A stretch of DNA of 63,870 nt, counting the filler, from Rhabdomonas costata (lineage: Eukaryota), in the NCBI GenBank assembly GCA_019059605.1. It is 33 parts of 33 records of this genome, joined end to end, with 100 filler letters (N's around TTAATTAATTAA, not from the genome) between each part and the next. Parts side by side here need not be neighbours in the genome. Positions count along the whole stretch, not along the records: positions 62,021 to 63,870 come from JAHMHO010008384.1; 32 more parts are not named here. One strand, given 5' to 3'. The notes beneath the pieces were generated by a model. That model was given only the letters and a program-made list of their open reading frames with translations. It searched no databases and was not told the DNA's origin. Shown here in pieces: positions 63,831 through 63,870 of the stretch. How positions within the stretch are numbered: position 1 is the first letter of the stretch; each line of letters opens with the position of its first letter. The position numbers were made by a program, and so were the translations under genes.

Positions 63831-63870
63831 CAGTCGTGCCAGGGCAGGGGAAACGTGAAGCCCCCCCAAC

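Overview
This window is not contiguous DNA. It is 33 unrelated contigs of about 1.84 kb joined by 32 artificial 100-nt spacers (N44-TTAATTAATTAA-N44), so gene neighbourhood across a spacer means nothing. The contigs are eukaryotic nuclear DNA with short exons, mostly GT-AG introns of about 80-1100 nt (at least one GC-AG) and many microsatellites. Axonemal genes (CFAP46, dynein heavy chain) indicate a flagellate. Two-component and Cache-like receptor fragments, Thr/Pro-rich surface proteins and splice acceptors just upstream of start codons suggest a euglenid or similar protist, but this is inference. G/T-only 5' ends, C/A-only 3' ends and terminal fold-backs indicate primer-based whole-genome amplification. 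Most ORF-track calls are spurious, so I rebuilt genes by manual exon joining. They include an IRAK/Pelle-like non-RD kinase, a complete TDG glycosylase, an ERI-type exonuclease, both halves of a 5'-nucleotidase, a NAK-like and a CMGC kinase, and an intronless pentapeptide+WD40 (NACHT-WD40-like) ORF. Also present are a MIB/HERC2 exon, a PARP6/8-type Zn finger next to ankyrin repeats, ArfGAP, a receiver domain, MIF4G, a bacterial-type NAD-dependent epimerase and a divergent SLC6 transporter. I found no rRNA, tRNA, CRISPR array or intact transposon, and no multi-gene novel system can be demonstrated from such fragments. The best leads are single loci: the immune-like proteins, an unusual PARP-finger/ankyrin architecture and non-standard splice sites.
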